From NCBI GenBank assembly GCA_038496445.1, contig JALMLS010000155.1, positions 158,064-222,063 of the forward strand: a stretch of 64,000 nt of DNA, read 5' to 3'. The first letter of the stretch is position 1; every line of letters starts with the position of its first letter. Made by a program: the position numbers and the translations under genes. Source of the stretch: Trichosphaerium sp. ATCC 40318. Lineage: Eukaryota; Protista; Tubulinea. The notes beneath the pieces were generated by a model. That model was not told the origin of the DNA and did not search any database. It saw only the letters and a program-made list of their open reading frames with translations. This document shows, in pieces, positions 47,772 to 60,131 of the stretch.

Positions 47772-50700
47772 ATGGCGGAACAAAACACGCCTAGTGGTGA
47801 TACACCAAAGGTAATAAAGGCTTAAGAGAAACTCATAGCTCCTAGTTTTGCGTATCATTCCCTGTTTGCTACGTTACAACGTCCAAACACCGTGGAAGCT
47901 CTATGCGATAAATTTTAGCCACTTTACAGCGATCAGTGCCTAACTATACTTTAGTCTACGAAAAAACGCGATGCTCTTCGCGAAATAGAGATACAAGTAC
48001 AAAAGAAATGGGAAGAACACAAAGTGTTTGAAGATGACGCACCTGCAGATCCAAACAGCAAACCAAAGTACATGGCTACGTTTCCTGTACGTATCTTTAA
48101 ACACCAGTGACCCCCAAATTCAAAATACTTTCTTACACTTGTAAAAGTACCCATACATGAACGGAAGACTTCACCTTGGCCACACTTTCACCCTAGCAAA
48201 GGCAGAGTTCTCCGTTGGCTACCAGAGACTTCAAGGCAAAAACACCTTGTTTCCATTCTCATTTCACTGTACCGGCATGCCAATCAAGGTGCGATGGCAA
48301 TAAGAATTTTACAGTGTTACCTTTGTGTAACTGTGGGCATTTTTCTTTTTCGTCTTGTGCCAAACTTACAGAAATACGCGTAGACATCCGCAGATAAGCT
48401 TGCCGTTGAAATTTCCAAGTACGGTAACCCTCCACAGTTCCCTATTGAAGAGGACGAGCCTGAAAAGAAACCAAAGCAAGACGTTGTGGTTGATCACACA
48501 AAGTTCAAATCCAAGAAGGCTAAATCCGCCGCAAAATCTGGTAAAAAGAGCGCCAAACAATGGGAAATTCTTCAAATGTCTGGTATCCCTGACGAAGAAA
48601 TCCCAAAGTTCCAAGATGCAGCTTATTGGCTTCAATACTTCCCACCACTTGCTAAGGTACGAGAAGAGTATTTTTTTTATTTATGCATTTATTTTTTGGT
48701 TAACACCTGTTTTCTAGAGCGATCTTAAAGATCTCGGTGTCAAAGTAGATTGGCGTAGATCATTTATCACTACTGAAGTAAATCCGTTTTATGATGCTTT
48801 TGTACGTTGGCAGTTTATAACACTCAAAAAACTTGGAAAAGTTCAATTTGGTAAAAGGTACACCTTCGCTGATTACTGCAGTCTATTTTTTCGCTTACAT
48901 TTAAAACTTTCAGGTATACGATATACTCTCCAAAAGATGGACAACCTTGCATGGACCACGATCGCGCAGAAGGCGAAGGTGTGCTCCCTCAGGACTACAC
49001 TTTGATCAAGCAAGAACTTCTCGAACCGTACCCAGAAAAGCTTGCATCTCTCAAAGATACAGGCAAAAAAGTGTACTTGGTTCCTGCCACTCTAAGACCA
49101 AACACAATGTGCGTGTACCACCTCCACAATACGTTTCAATTTACTTGGGTTTTAGGTATGGTCAAACAAATTGCTTTATTCTCCCAGAGGGCGAATATGG
49201 TGCCTTCGAAATCAATGACACCGATATTTTCGTTTGCACAGAACGTGCTGCACGCAGTATCCACTTGCAATTTATATTTGCTGTTTTCAATTTTCTGCAT
49301 TTTCCTTAACATAAAACAGACATGTCATTCCAAGGACTCTCCCCAGAGTTTGGTGTTGTCAAATGCCTTGCAAAATTTAAAGGCTTGGATATTATTGGCG
49401 CTGCCTTGAAGGCTCCGCTTGCTACATACGACAAAATATACGTCCTACCTATGGAGACTATTTCAACTACAAAGGTATTCTTTGGTTTTAAAACTTATAA
49501 AACCAACAAATCTTTTGACGTATACTTTGTTCAAAATCTCACGGCTTAAAATAGGGTACAGGTGTAGTGACATCTGTTCCTAGTGATGCACCTGACGATT
49601 ACATGTGCCTCAAAGATCTCAAAACTAACGAGAAAATGAGAACAAAATATTTCACCACATCAGGCCTCAAACCTGAAATGGTTGACGTACGTTTGGACTG
49701 CTACGATTTTGTACAAGCACCATTAAATTCTAACCTCTTTTTTAACAGCCATTTGAAGTTGTTAAAATCATTAATGTGCCTGGATACGGCGAAGACTCTG
49801 CTGCTTCTCTATGTGAGAAGAAAAAGATCTCTTCCCACAAAGATAAAACTGCTCTTGAAGAGCTCAAAAAGTTGGTGTACCTTGATGGTTTCAACCACGG
49901 TGTCATGTTGGTTGGCGACTACAAAGGACAGTATCCTCAGATAGTTTTTTTTGAATATTTTTGTAGCATTCTATGTATTTGCTTTAACTGTAAAAAGAGT
50001 TGTCAAAGAGTGCATATCAAAGATCAAACAAGATCTTATCGATGCTGGACAAGCCTTGCCTTACAGCGAGCCTAACGGAAGAGTTGTATCTCGATCTGGT
50101 GATGTTTGTGTTGTCTGTTTGTGTGATCAGTGGTATGTTACATACGGTGAACAAAAATGGAAGGAATCAGCACTCAAGTGCCTCGAGGCCATGAACACTT
50201 ACGGGTACGCGAATGAGAAATAAGAATGCGCTTGGTGCTTGTTTATTTATGCCTTCAATAGAAACGAAACAAGAAATATGTTCGCCAAAACTTTTGATTG
50301 GATGAACCAGTGGGCTTGTTCACGTTCTTATGGTCTAGGAACTAAGGTCCCTTGGGTGCGTGCAGTAGTTACAAAAAATACCAGCAATTTTGATGACCAC
50401 AACTATTTGAGCGCTTATCACAATGAGGTAGGATGAGAAATACTTGATTGAGAGTCTATCAGATTCTACCATTTACATGGCATTTTACACTATTGCTCAC
50501 TTGCTACTTGGTACGTTTTCGTAGAAGTTATTTGTCAACCAAATACTTGGCACAAGCTTACTGTATCTGTGTAGGAAAAGACAATATTGCTGGTGCAGGT
50601 GTTGGTCCTCTAGGTATTAAGGCTGAGCAGCTTACACCTGAGGTACTTTAAATTTAAAAGTCATAAGATGAAGAAATTTACCCGCGTAGGTGTTTGATTA

Positions 50701-52677
50701 CATCTTTTTGGATTCTGATGCTCCAGATACTGCTATCCCTACTGATGCCCTTGACAAACTTCGTGCAGAGTTCAGATACTGGTACCCTGTAGATCTCAGG
50801 TACATAGCCAAGAAGAATATAGTAAATACTCATACTACTGTGTAGAGTATCCGGTAAAGATTTGGTAACAAACCATCTTACATTTTACATTTACACCCAT
50901 ACTGCGCTATGGGGAGTGGATAAATGGCCTAAGGCTGTACGAGCAAATGGACACATCATGTTGAATCAAGCTAAGATGTCAAAGTCAACAGGCAACTTCT
51001 TGACTCTAGCTGGTGCGTACTAGCCTTATTATCTGCAATTGTAGCTGACCAACACTCTTTAATCAGATGGTATTAAAACTTATGGTGCTGATGCCATGCG
51101 TCTTGCTCTTGCAGATTCTGGAGACACCATCGATGATGCTAATTTTACTCACGAGAATGCCACAGGAGCTATTCTCAAACTTTACACATACATTGATTGG
51201 GTAAAAGTGCGTACCTATCTACCTGTCTTTTTTTTGTCAATTGTTAACAAACATGTTCTATAGGAGACTCTTGCTGAGCTTCCAAACTACAGAGAAGGAC
51301 CACCATCCACATTTGCGGATAAGGTATTTGCAGCTGATATTTCTGAAGCAATAAGAACGACCAAAGAGTGCTATGAACAGTGCGTGTAACATTTAATAAT
51401 TTAACTACTTTTTTTGATTATCCTCCGCGAGAGTTCTCGAGTGTGTACATGGAGAGAAGCGGTTTTCGCTTTTCAACGTGTTTTAGACGCACTTTTGAGA
51501 TAGTAGTTGGAGGTAAATTCGACAAAACCTTTTCATATTTTTTGAGCAGTCTTCACCTTTAGTTCGACGTTCTAATAATTACAAAAGGGCTCTATACCGT
51601 GATGTTACACGTAACTCCTTCTATCAACTCAAGAAGCTCAAGGAATACTATGATAAATTGTGTTCAGCTGCTGGTGGTAAGTTTATTAATTTTGCATTTT
51701 ATTACTTTGTTACTCATTTTTGCGTACAGACAAGCCAAATAGAGAACTCTTGCTCAAATTTATAACTGTACAAGCCATTCTCATATCTCCAATTACACCT
51801 CACATGTGTGAGTACATTTGGTCTGACCTCCTCAAAAACGTACGTTCAATGCCTTTTCTATTGCCATTGTAAAAGATTGTTAACAAATATCTAGGATGGC
51901 TTTATTGCAAATGCCAAATGGCCTGAACCAATAGGTGATTTCGCTGAGTTCCTCTTTAAGAAGAGCTACGTAGAGAAGAACCTTCACACATGGAGAACAA
52001 AGCGAGAAACATACATCAAACCGCGAAAGGTAAGTGACCTTGACTGATTTAAGAACACAATCTTACTATATTTGTTTCAGGGACCTAAGAAGCCAGCACC
52101 AAATTGTTTTAACATATATGTTGCTCTAAAGTACCCAGAAGTCCAAGCACAGGTTATTAACACGATCAAGGCAGTTTACGATAAGGTACGCAATAGTCTA
52201 ATTTCGGTTAAGAAAAAATTACAACAATTTCGAATTAAAATGACGTTGTAACATTCTTGTAGACTGCTGATCTACCAGCGGAAGCTCGTTGCTTCCCAAG
52301 TAGGAAGGATATTATTGTTGAGCTTCGTAAAGTCAACTCTGCCAAGAAATTCGTTAAGGATGCCATGAAAGTTATCTCTGCTGTTGAAGTACGACACCCT
52401 TAGCGTTTTTTTGTTGTTTTGAAAGAGTGTAAATTAACAATATTGGTAGGCATCGTTCAAGTCTGGTGGAGAAAGCGCGTTTACCCTCCAATGGCCTTTC
52501 TCTGAGATTGACACTTTGACAGATATGATCGCTTACATTAAAGCTGAACTTCAAGTTGACGAAGTAAACATTTACACGCATGATGCTGAAGGTAATCCAG
52601 ATCCTATTAATCGTACAAAATTCTCTGTCCCTGGTAAACCGATTGTTATCTTCTCTGGCGAAAAGAAGACTGAATGA
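47772..52677 (+). CDS. LARS: Cytosolic leucyl-tRNA synthetase, about 24 introns
   Basis: [70 protein letters not shown]. Confidence 0.97.
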
Positions 52678-52755
52678 GAAGTATAAAATGAAACAAATAA
52701 AAACACCTTATTTTTTTAAAGTGGTAAATGTTTACATTGTTATTATTTCTGATAC

Positions 52756-53536
52756 TCAAGCTATTGTACATGATGCAGAGCACATGGGTTGTCCATGGCC
52801 GTTAGGAACGTTGTAGTCAGGTGGAATAGGATCCTTACGATTAAAAAATTCTTGTCCCTACAGATTTATTAGATGGTAAAAAAAAGGATCCAATTCACAT
52901 GCCTTAGATCTATCCACTACAATATTACATACTTCTGTCTGTGACATTATGTCAAAAATGTTTTGGGTGACTATAAGTTCACTGTCACTAGATTGAGTTT
53001 GTATTGTAGTGATTCTTTCAGCTCGACTGTCATACGAAAAATATCGCTTTAAAAAAAACATTAGCATTTGGTAATACCCTACAATAAATGTGCAAGTTGG
53101 ATGAGCAATTTTGGGGATTTCCGAAAATAGAAAAACTAGTGACTTGCAATGTTTGTCAGTGTACCATTTGTTGTTGCATGATCCTGGAGAAATCGTCGTC
53201 CATTTGAAAAGCGGAAGCCGTTTTAATTACATTACCGTACACACTCGTGAATTGTTGACTTATTTGCCGGAGGTACCCAAACGTGCGCGTTTGAGATAAT
53301 GTAGCGTCTGTAAGGCAGACATACGCTGTTTCTCCATCAAGGCGACAAGAGTAGTTGAATTGTGGTGTGTACGTAAAAGATATGTTTTTAGTGCCCGTTG
53401 TGCCCATGGCGGCTATTTTGCGAATAACAACCATTGTAATTTGTGGGAAGTTTCCCTGTGCTTCTGCATGATCAACCAGTACTGTTGTACCTCTAGATAT
53501 TACACTATATATAATTCCTGGCCTCTCATCCTCCAT
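52756..53536 (-). CDS. VAMP7-like longin protein with a degenerate SNARE motif, no TM helix and a predicted CaaX tail
   Basis: IIYSVISRGTTVLVDHA..GNF..YVCLTD..FGYL..FSRIMQQQM; last exon ends MCSASCTIA* if the GC-AG intron 52858-52902 is used. Confidence 0.75.
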
Positions 53537-53629
53537 TATGCTTGTGTGGGAAAATATATCTGTGACAGTCAAGATTTAGTAAAACTTATTTTTAAATAAG
53601 CACCACTCTCTATCCTTCCGACGCTAGCA

Positions 53630-54876
53630 ATGCTTGAAGGGTTCAAAGGATTACGCAAGGTAGACGTCGCAGACACTTTACAAGTCCCACAGCTAAAGTG
53701 GAGCAATAAAACTAATGAATGGGTTCCTCATGAGCCAGAGTCGCCTGACAGTATACAAATTAAAAAGCTAACGGTGTTTACCCTTAACATAATGAAAGAG
53801 CAGGTACATAGCGAATGCGCGCCTGCGAGGCCAAGAGCTGCACTAATTTACGAATTGTGCGTACTCATTAAATGAAAGACTCAAAACTGTAAAAATAGCT
53901 GACCTGTAATCCAAAATAGTTATTTGTTGACACCTACAAACAATGTTAGGTGGATCTTGTTCCCCGAATGGATGCACTGGTAAATGAGCTAAAAAAATGC
54001 GAACCGGACATTGTTGCTCTCCAAGAGAATAAGAAAACGCACAATGGTATCATACCTTAGCAAGCTTGTTAACTAACGGGCAATAGCACTGCTAATGGAG
54101 GCTCCGTATATACGAGAGCGTTACTACGTGTCTGAATTCACAGGACAACAGTACGGGTTCAAGGTACTTGTTGTGTTGTTGAGTTTACATATGGAACTAA
54201 TATGGGATAAGGTGAGCCTATTGTCCCGCTTTCCACTATCATCGTTGACACTGTACAACGTGTTGAGTACGTTGTTATTGTAAATCTATTGTTTAACACG
54301 TTAAAAACCTCCCTCAAGGCAGACAAGCCCTTGTAGGATCACTTGTTATAAACGACCAGACTTTTGCTTTTGGTAGCACGCACCTGACATCTGGTAATAA
54401 CCCTTCGCGGCGCGAGAATCAAATAGAGTTTCTATACGACAAGGTGAGTTGGGTCACAACAAACATGTTTATAATGGGGTTTTACTTAGATGAAAAGTTA
54501 CGAGAATGCCATGTTGGTAGGCGACTTTAATTACTGTCATTCAAATGATGACACCTCTGATGTACATTTACGCTATGATTATGAGGATTGTTGGCCAATC
54601 ATAAACAATACGTACACACAACTAAAACAACTGATTGGGTGACATTGTTTTTCATTTAGAGAAGGGTTCACAAGGCACAACAAACGTATTGATAGAATGT
54701 ATCTACGGCACGTGGACTACCTCACATAATTTGTTTTAATAATCTTGCTTAGGTCCGATATAGCGAGACCAATGCGTATGAAGGTAGTAGCTAAGGGAAC
54801 GGTACAGAATGCAGTACAATTCAAGTCAATCTCAGATCATTGGGGCCTTTGTGTAACGCTAAAGTTTGCACAGTGA
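53630..54876 (+). CDS. Endonuclease/exonuclease/phosphatase (EEP) family protein, TDP2-like
   Basis: TLNI, PDIVALQE, LLSRFP, STHLTS, LVGDFN, RIDR, SDHWGL. Confidence 0.88.
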
Positions 54877-54981
54877 TTTAGCTTTTTACAATCTTTAATA
54901 AAAGTGCAGCATCAAATGTTTTGCTTTAAGGCATTTTATTTTGGCTTTGTGTTAAGTTCAGAGTTAACCGGTCACTCCAGC

Positions 54982-55793
54982 ATGTTCGCATCTTCGTACA
55001 GATCCATAGTTAGAGCACAGAGACTAGCGAGTACACGCAGAAAGAACACCAGCGTTCGCGTGCGCTGTATTAACACAAAGCCCAACCAACCAATTAACTG
55101 GGATAAAACGCCTCAAGACGAGCTTGTCGCAGAAGCTCTAGGCGAAAAATATGATCCAGAAGGTGAATATACTACTAGACCTGTTCCCCCAGGCGCAGAC
55201 AGTAAAATAAAAGAGAATGCAGAGGTATTTACCAACAAAAATTATTTGTTCAAACCCAAAAGACCCGTATCTGAGGCCCTCTTGCTCACTATATTGTTAC
55301 AGGCATATTTGCGAAGAGATATGGAGGGATGGCTGTTTGGTTCACGCATTTTAAAGGAAGATAGACACGAAAAAGCAAAAAGGCAAAAAAATTCACCGTT
55401 CTTTTGTGGCGAAGACCCTGTAAGTAGCTACAAACAAACATATTTTACAATCAAAAAAAAAAAAAAAAGTATTTTGCCCTTTACAAAAAGGCTAACAAAA
55501 AATGATGTAGCTAGGACCAGGACAAACGCGACCAGCTGCTGATTGGGAAAAACCACAATACTTTTTTGTACGACATTCATTTACAAAAATTATTTTCGCA
55601 CTTTTTCGCTCACGTTGTTCTCTAGTATGCTGTTTGGGGAATTGTTATTTTGTTTATAACTGTTTTCAAAGTTGACGCCACTGGACTTCGCTGGGCGCTC
55701 GAGGAGGCACAAGAACGTTTCGTTGTCGCAGAAAACGCACGGCGTGCTGTTGAACGAGCCAAACGGGAGAGACAAGAACAACGTGGATTGTAG
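54982..55793 (+). CDS. NDUFB11: Complex I accessory subunit NDUFB11/ESSS-like
   Basis: Presequence, PGQTRPAADWEKP, TM YAVWGIVILFITVF, WALEEAQER. Confidence 0.7.
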
Positions 55794-56138
55794 GTGCAAC
55801 TTATACAAACACGACTACAAAAGGAAATGCCAAAACATACAAAAAATTATACAACAAACAGGATGCCATTTTGCACATTGTAAATTTTTATAAATATCAC
55901 AGTCAAATGGCACCAGAGCACTCGATATGCAGTTTTGTAAACCAGATAAACCAAAATTCTGAACACTTTGTTTCAGCTAACTGCTGGCAGACATGTTTGT
56001 CACAAAAGAATTGTTTCCTCAAGAGTGTAGTAGTTTTTTTTTTAACTATTCCACAATCTCGTCAATTACGTAAGTAATGATTTTTGTGTTGTAAAAAAAG
56101 AGACCGATTCGTGGTCTTTATTTTTTGACGCATTTCAC

Positions 56139-57378
56139 TTATTCGTCACGGTGTACAACGAAACAGTTGGCTTGGTTGCTTGGGAATACAAGAATGTCTG
56201 CAACTTGTACGTGCTCAGGTCTTGATGCAGCGTATACAATGTTATCTGCAATGTCCTCAGCTACGAGAGGCTTCATACCTTTGTAAGGCGCCTTTGCTTT
56301 TTCCTTATCTCCAAGACGAACAATGCTAATTAAAAATAAACAACAAAAAAAAGAACCAATTCCTCACCTGAACTCTGTCTCAACAAGCCCTGGAGCGATT
56401 TGTGTAACACGTAGTCCTGTGTTAGCCAGCTCTTGGCGCATTGCCGAGTTAATGGCGTCAACAAAGTGTTTAGAACCACAGTAGATTGAACCTCCTCTGT
56501 AGGCCTCGCGACCAGCTACACTACAAAGTGTCAAAAAAAAAAAAAACGTGGTTTGTTTATCTACTTCAATACCTTCCGACATTGATAATATGGCCACTAT
56601 TGCGCTTCTTCATATCAGGTAAAAATGTGCGGAGCATGAACAGCACTCCCTATTGCCAGGCCAACATGTTAAAGGGTGTGTACAAAAAAAAACGGTATCT
56701 GTTAGCTACCTTAACGTTGGTGTCAACTACGTTGTTGATGGCTTCTAAGGTATTATCGGCTGTGTGATTGGTGCCAAGGGCTAGCCCTAGTGACGGTTTA
56801 ACTAACACACGACTTTTCGTTCACCCTTCACCGACATACCTGCATTATTAACCTAACAATAATATTAAAACTAGTTTTTTTTTTGTTGTCCAACGAGTGA
56901 ACTTTTTTTTCGTACCAGCACGTCAATTTGTTTGAACTCTTCTGGGAGAGCGGCTTTGAGTTTTTCTACGCCGCTGGACTCTTGAATATTGAAAGCAAAG
57001 ACGAACACTTGAGTTTAATTGTTTAGTACACTAAATAAAACCACCGTTCCTTGCGAAGCAAAATTAAGCGTGCGATGCGCCTTACCTTTTACACTGTGCT
57101 TTGCTTCAATAGCTTTTTTAAGAGCTTCCAAACGCTCTTGTCTCCTGGCAGTGATAATCTACGAGATATTAATAATGATTTGTAACGTTTAAAGCTAGCG
57201 TTCTTACCAGGTTACTGCCTGATTTCGCGAAGAGCCACGCAGCTGCTTCACCAATACCTGCTGAAGCGCCTGTACTGTAAATCGCTTAGATAACAGCGTT
57301 TGCATGTTGTAAAATAACGTACATGAGTACAACTTTGCCTGTGAGTCGGGGGTATGCAGGATATGTGTCAGAAGCCAT
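56139..57378 (-). CDS. Short-chain dehydrogenase, YdfG/YMR226C-like NADP-dependent 3-hydroxy-acid dehydrogenase type
   Basis: [50 protein letters not shown]. Confidence 0.9.
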
Positions 57379-57592
57379 GTGAGTTACGAGTGATTGTTTT
57401 ACAAATGAAAAATTTTCGTTGACTTTTTTAGGCAGTTTCAGTTCCTTTTTTTTTTTTTGAAACTTCCAGAACTTTCTCAAATACGAATTCGTTGCGACGA
57501 GTAACTGACCCATTCAACATCTTTTGTGGTAATTACTATTATGTACACTGTATTGCAATTGATTTACAGGAGAAATACGACACATTTCACAC

Positions 57593-58571
57593 TTATGATG
57601 CAAGCACCTGTGCTGGTTCTGGTTGCGGGTTTTCTTCTACTTGCGTTTCTAGGCGTTTTAGTAAATGTGTTTGATAGCAAAAACCTAAAATTTCCATACC
57701 TCCAATGGGCTCTGTATTTGGCACGTCAGGCAATACAATATTGGCTTCCTGCAAAGGGAAATAAGTTGTCAATTTAATTAACAAAAAAGACTCACATCCA
57801 TTTCTTTCTCTGCTATCAGAGCTCTAAGCTCATCTTCGATTTCTTCCTCGTCACCACTTTCAAGAGCATTACCTAACATGTTTGCAACTTCCTACAAAGA
57901 CTTTTTAGCGCTAAATAGGATAAGGTATCAGTACCTCTTGATATTCCAACGCTTCTTGTGTATCTGCCATAAGATCTTCTACTTTGTCGATATCCATTTC
58001 GTCATTGATTTGTTTCAGAACCCGCGTTCCCTCTTTAATGCCAGCGAGTACTTTTTGTTCAATTTTAGCGAATTCGATTGTATCCACCTAACGATCACCG
58101 ATAAATTAAATGCTTGGTGTCACATGTCAAAAAAACTTTGTTCAAAAAATCTAGGCACCATGTCCTGCAAGTTTTGTGCTGTTTGTTCGGTTTTGATGAG
58201 CATTGATTCTTGATACTTCTTTTTGCGCAAGCACAGTAACGCCTTGTCGCGCTTACCTAGTTTTAGGCAATGTGTTATGCATAATTAAAACCAAAAAAAA
58301 AAATCACCTTGTTGAAGTAACGTTTTAGCCGCTTCTGTCTCCCTTTCCATGACGATGGTCACCTGGGGTGTAGTTGAGGTTGTGAAAGCATGCCATAAAC
58401 CCAAATATAAGAGAATAAAACACGTACCTTTTTTTTGTACTTCTGTAATTTGTCATATTGTACTTTTAAATCAAGTATAGCTTGATCTTGCGATGATACT
58501 GTACGTTGAGGTGTAACTGTGCCTTCTATTGGCCTAGGAGTTCCGAATAGGCGCCCAATAACGCCACCCAT
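57593..58571 (-). CDS. VPS20: ESCRT-III subunit VPS20/CHMP6
   Basis: MG start, QDQAILDLKVQYDKLQKY, ALLCLRKKKYQE, TIEFAKIEQKV, LPDVP. Confidence 0.9.
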
Positions 58572-58709
58572 ATCTTTGAGAACGGCTTTGTTAGGTAATT
58601 GAGTTAAAAAACAACACCAAAAAAAAAAAAACATCTTTCAAAAGTGGTCAGCGTCGGTTCAAGTTTTTATTCGAATAGCACCTTACCAACAACTGCACAA
58701 ACGGTTTAG

Positions 58710-59846
58710 ATGATGGAAGAGGAGGTATCAGAGCTCTCTAATACCACTTTTGGTACAGCAGGGTACACTGATGCCGAAAGATATGAAATACAGGCAATGT
58801 TAGACATACAACTACCTGAGGACGACGTTTCGACGCGCCCTGGTCCCGCTGGGAGTACGTAAAGTAGATTTGCTTTTATTTTGCTGTAATTTTGAAAATT
58901 TATTCCTGTAAAGAGAATGTGTCGTACATCACCATTGATACAGCGCTCAAAAATGCAAACAAAGCGTTTGGGATTTCAGGTTGGTCGAGCGAAATGAAGT
59001 CGTTTACACAAGATTATGTACGAGGTCGCTACCAACAATTCGCTGCATAATCCATACCGCCGTTTTTTAGCGCCAGTTGTGTGAACAAAAAAAAACCAAA
59101 CAAGTCACCTGTCAATCAAATCATTTATTTTTATTGCAGCACTACCAAGATGCTGAAGGGCGTTGGAGTTGTGGTTACTCTTCAGTTGTTAGAATAACGC
59201 TAAAAGATGGCTCTTTTCGCGAGGATGTTGGTACAAAGAATTATTTGATTTTGACAAAAATTCAAGAAATATCCAGCATGTACATGTTAGCTTACTCACT
59301 GTTAGGCTACGGTAATGCAGTCAAGAGCAGCTCGTATGCAGAGGCTGTAGAGAAGGCAAAAAAAGTAAGTTTTTGTTATTATTGTTGATTAACACTAACG
59401 CGTCATAACCACAAGACAGCAGCATCAGATGGCCTAAAGAGGTAAAAAACCCCCAAAAGTCTGCTCTCCTTAAACTTACTTCTACAAGGGCATTGCGGCA
59501 ATTCGGTCCATACACTGGCAACAATGTCAGACAACCAAATGGCCGTGCGTTTAAATTGCGCTTCAAGTTTAGTTATAACTAACAGTGTTGTGTAGAATTC
59601 TCGAGAAAACGACCACGGCCGAATAATTACACAAAGAGCCCCGAACCAGCTCAATTCGTGCAATCAAACGGTGTTCATCCGCCTGCGCCTCAAACGAGCT
59701 ATACACCAAACATGAAACAACAGCCATTACAAGGGGGTGTTGCACCATACCAGAGCCCAAATGGCCAGAGAAGACAAGTGCTCAATCAACAACAGACCAT
59801 GCGACACGGTTATAACAATGGTGTGCGCTCGTTTAACCGCAACTAA
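58710..59846 (+). CDS. RAD52: RAD52/RAD22-family ssDNA-annealing protein, short form
   Basis: STRPGPAG..VSYI, ANKAFGISGWSS, VRITLKDGSFREDVGYG, EKAKKTAASDGLKRALRQFG. Confidence 0.9.
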
Positions 59847-60131
59847 AATACTCGTTATTGTATGGGAAAAGGGCACTGTGCTTGTTGTAAAGTGTAAAGT
59901 AAAATATTAAATTGTACATAAAAACTTTGTGTTTTTTTTTTTTTTGGTGAAATGTTTGTAATACAATCACGTGCAACTGCTTTATTTGTAAAGTGGTTCG
60001 TAAACACTGTTTAATGTTGCTGTTTTGTGACGCTATTGAGAACGCCACGAGAATATACCAAAAATGAAAAGTAGTCGTTGACTTTTTGTGTAAATAGTAT
60101 TTACTTTTGAAAAAGCGTTATTTTTGTTGTA

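Noticed and set aside
29883-59846. Window-wide DNA-repair cluster (REV7, NBS1, TDP2-like, RAD52)
   Set aside because: Apart from the NBS1-REV7 pair these genes are separated by many unrelated housekeeping genes, compatible with chance in a compact genome.
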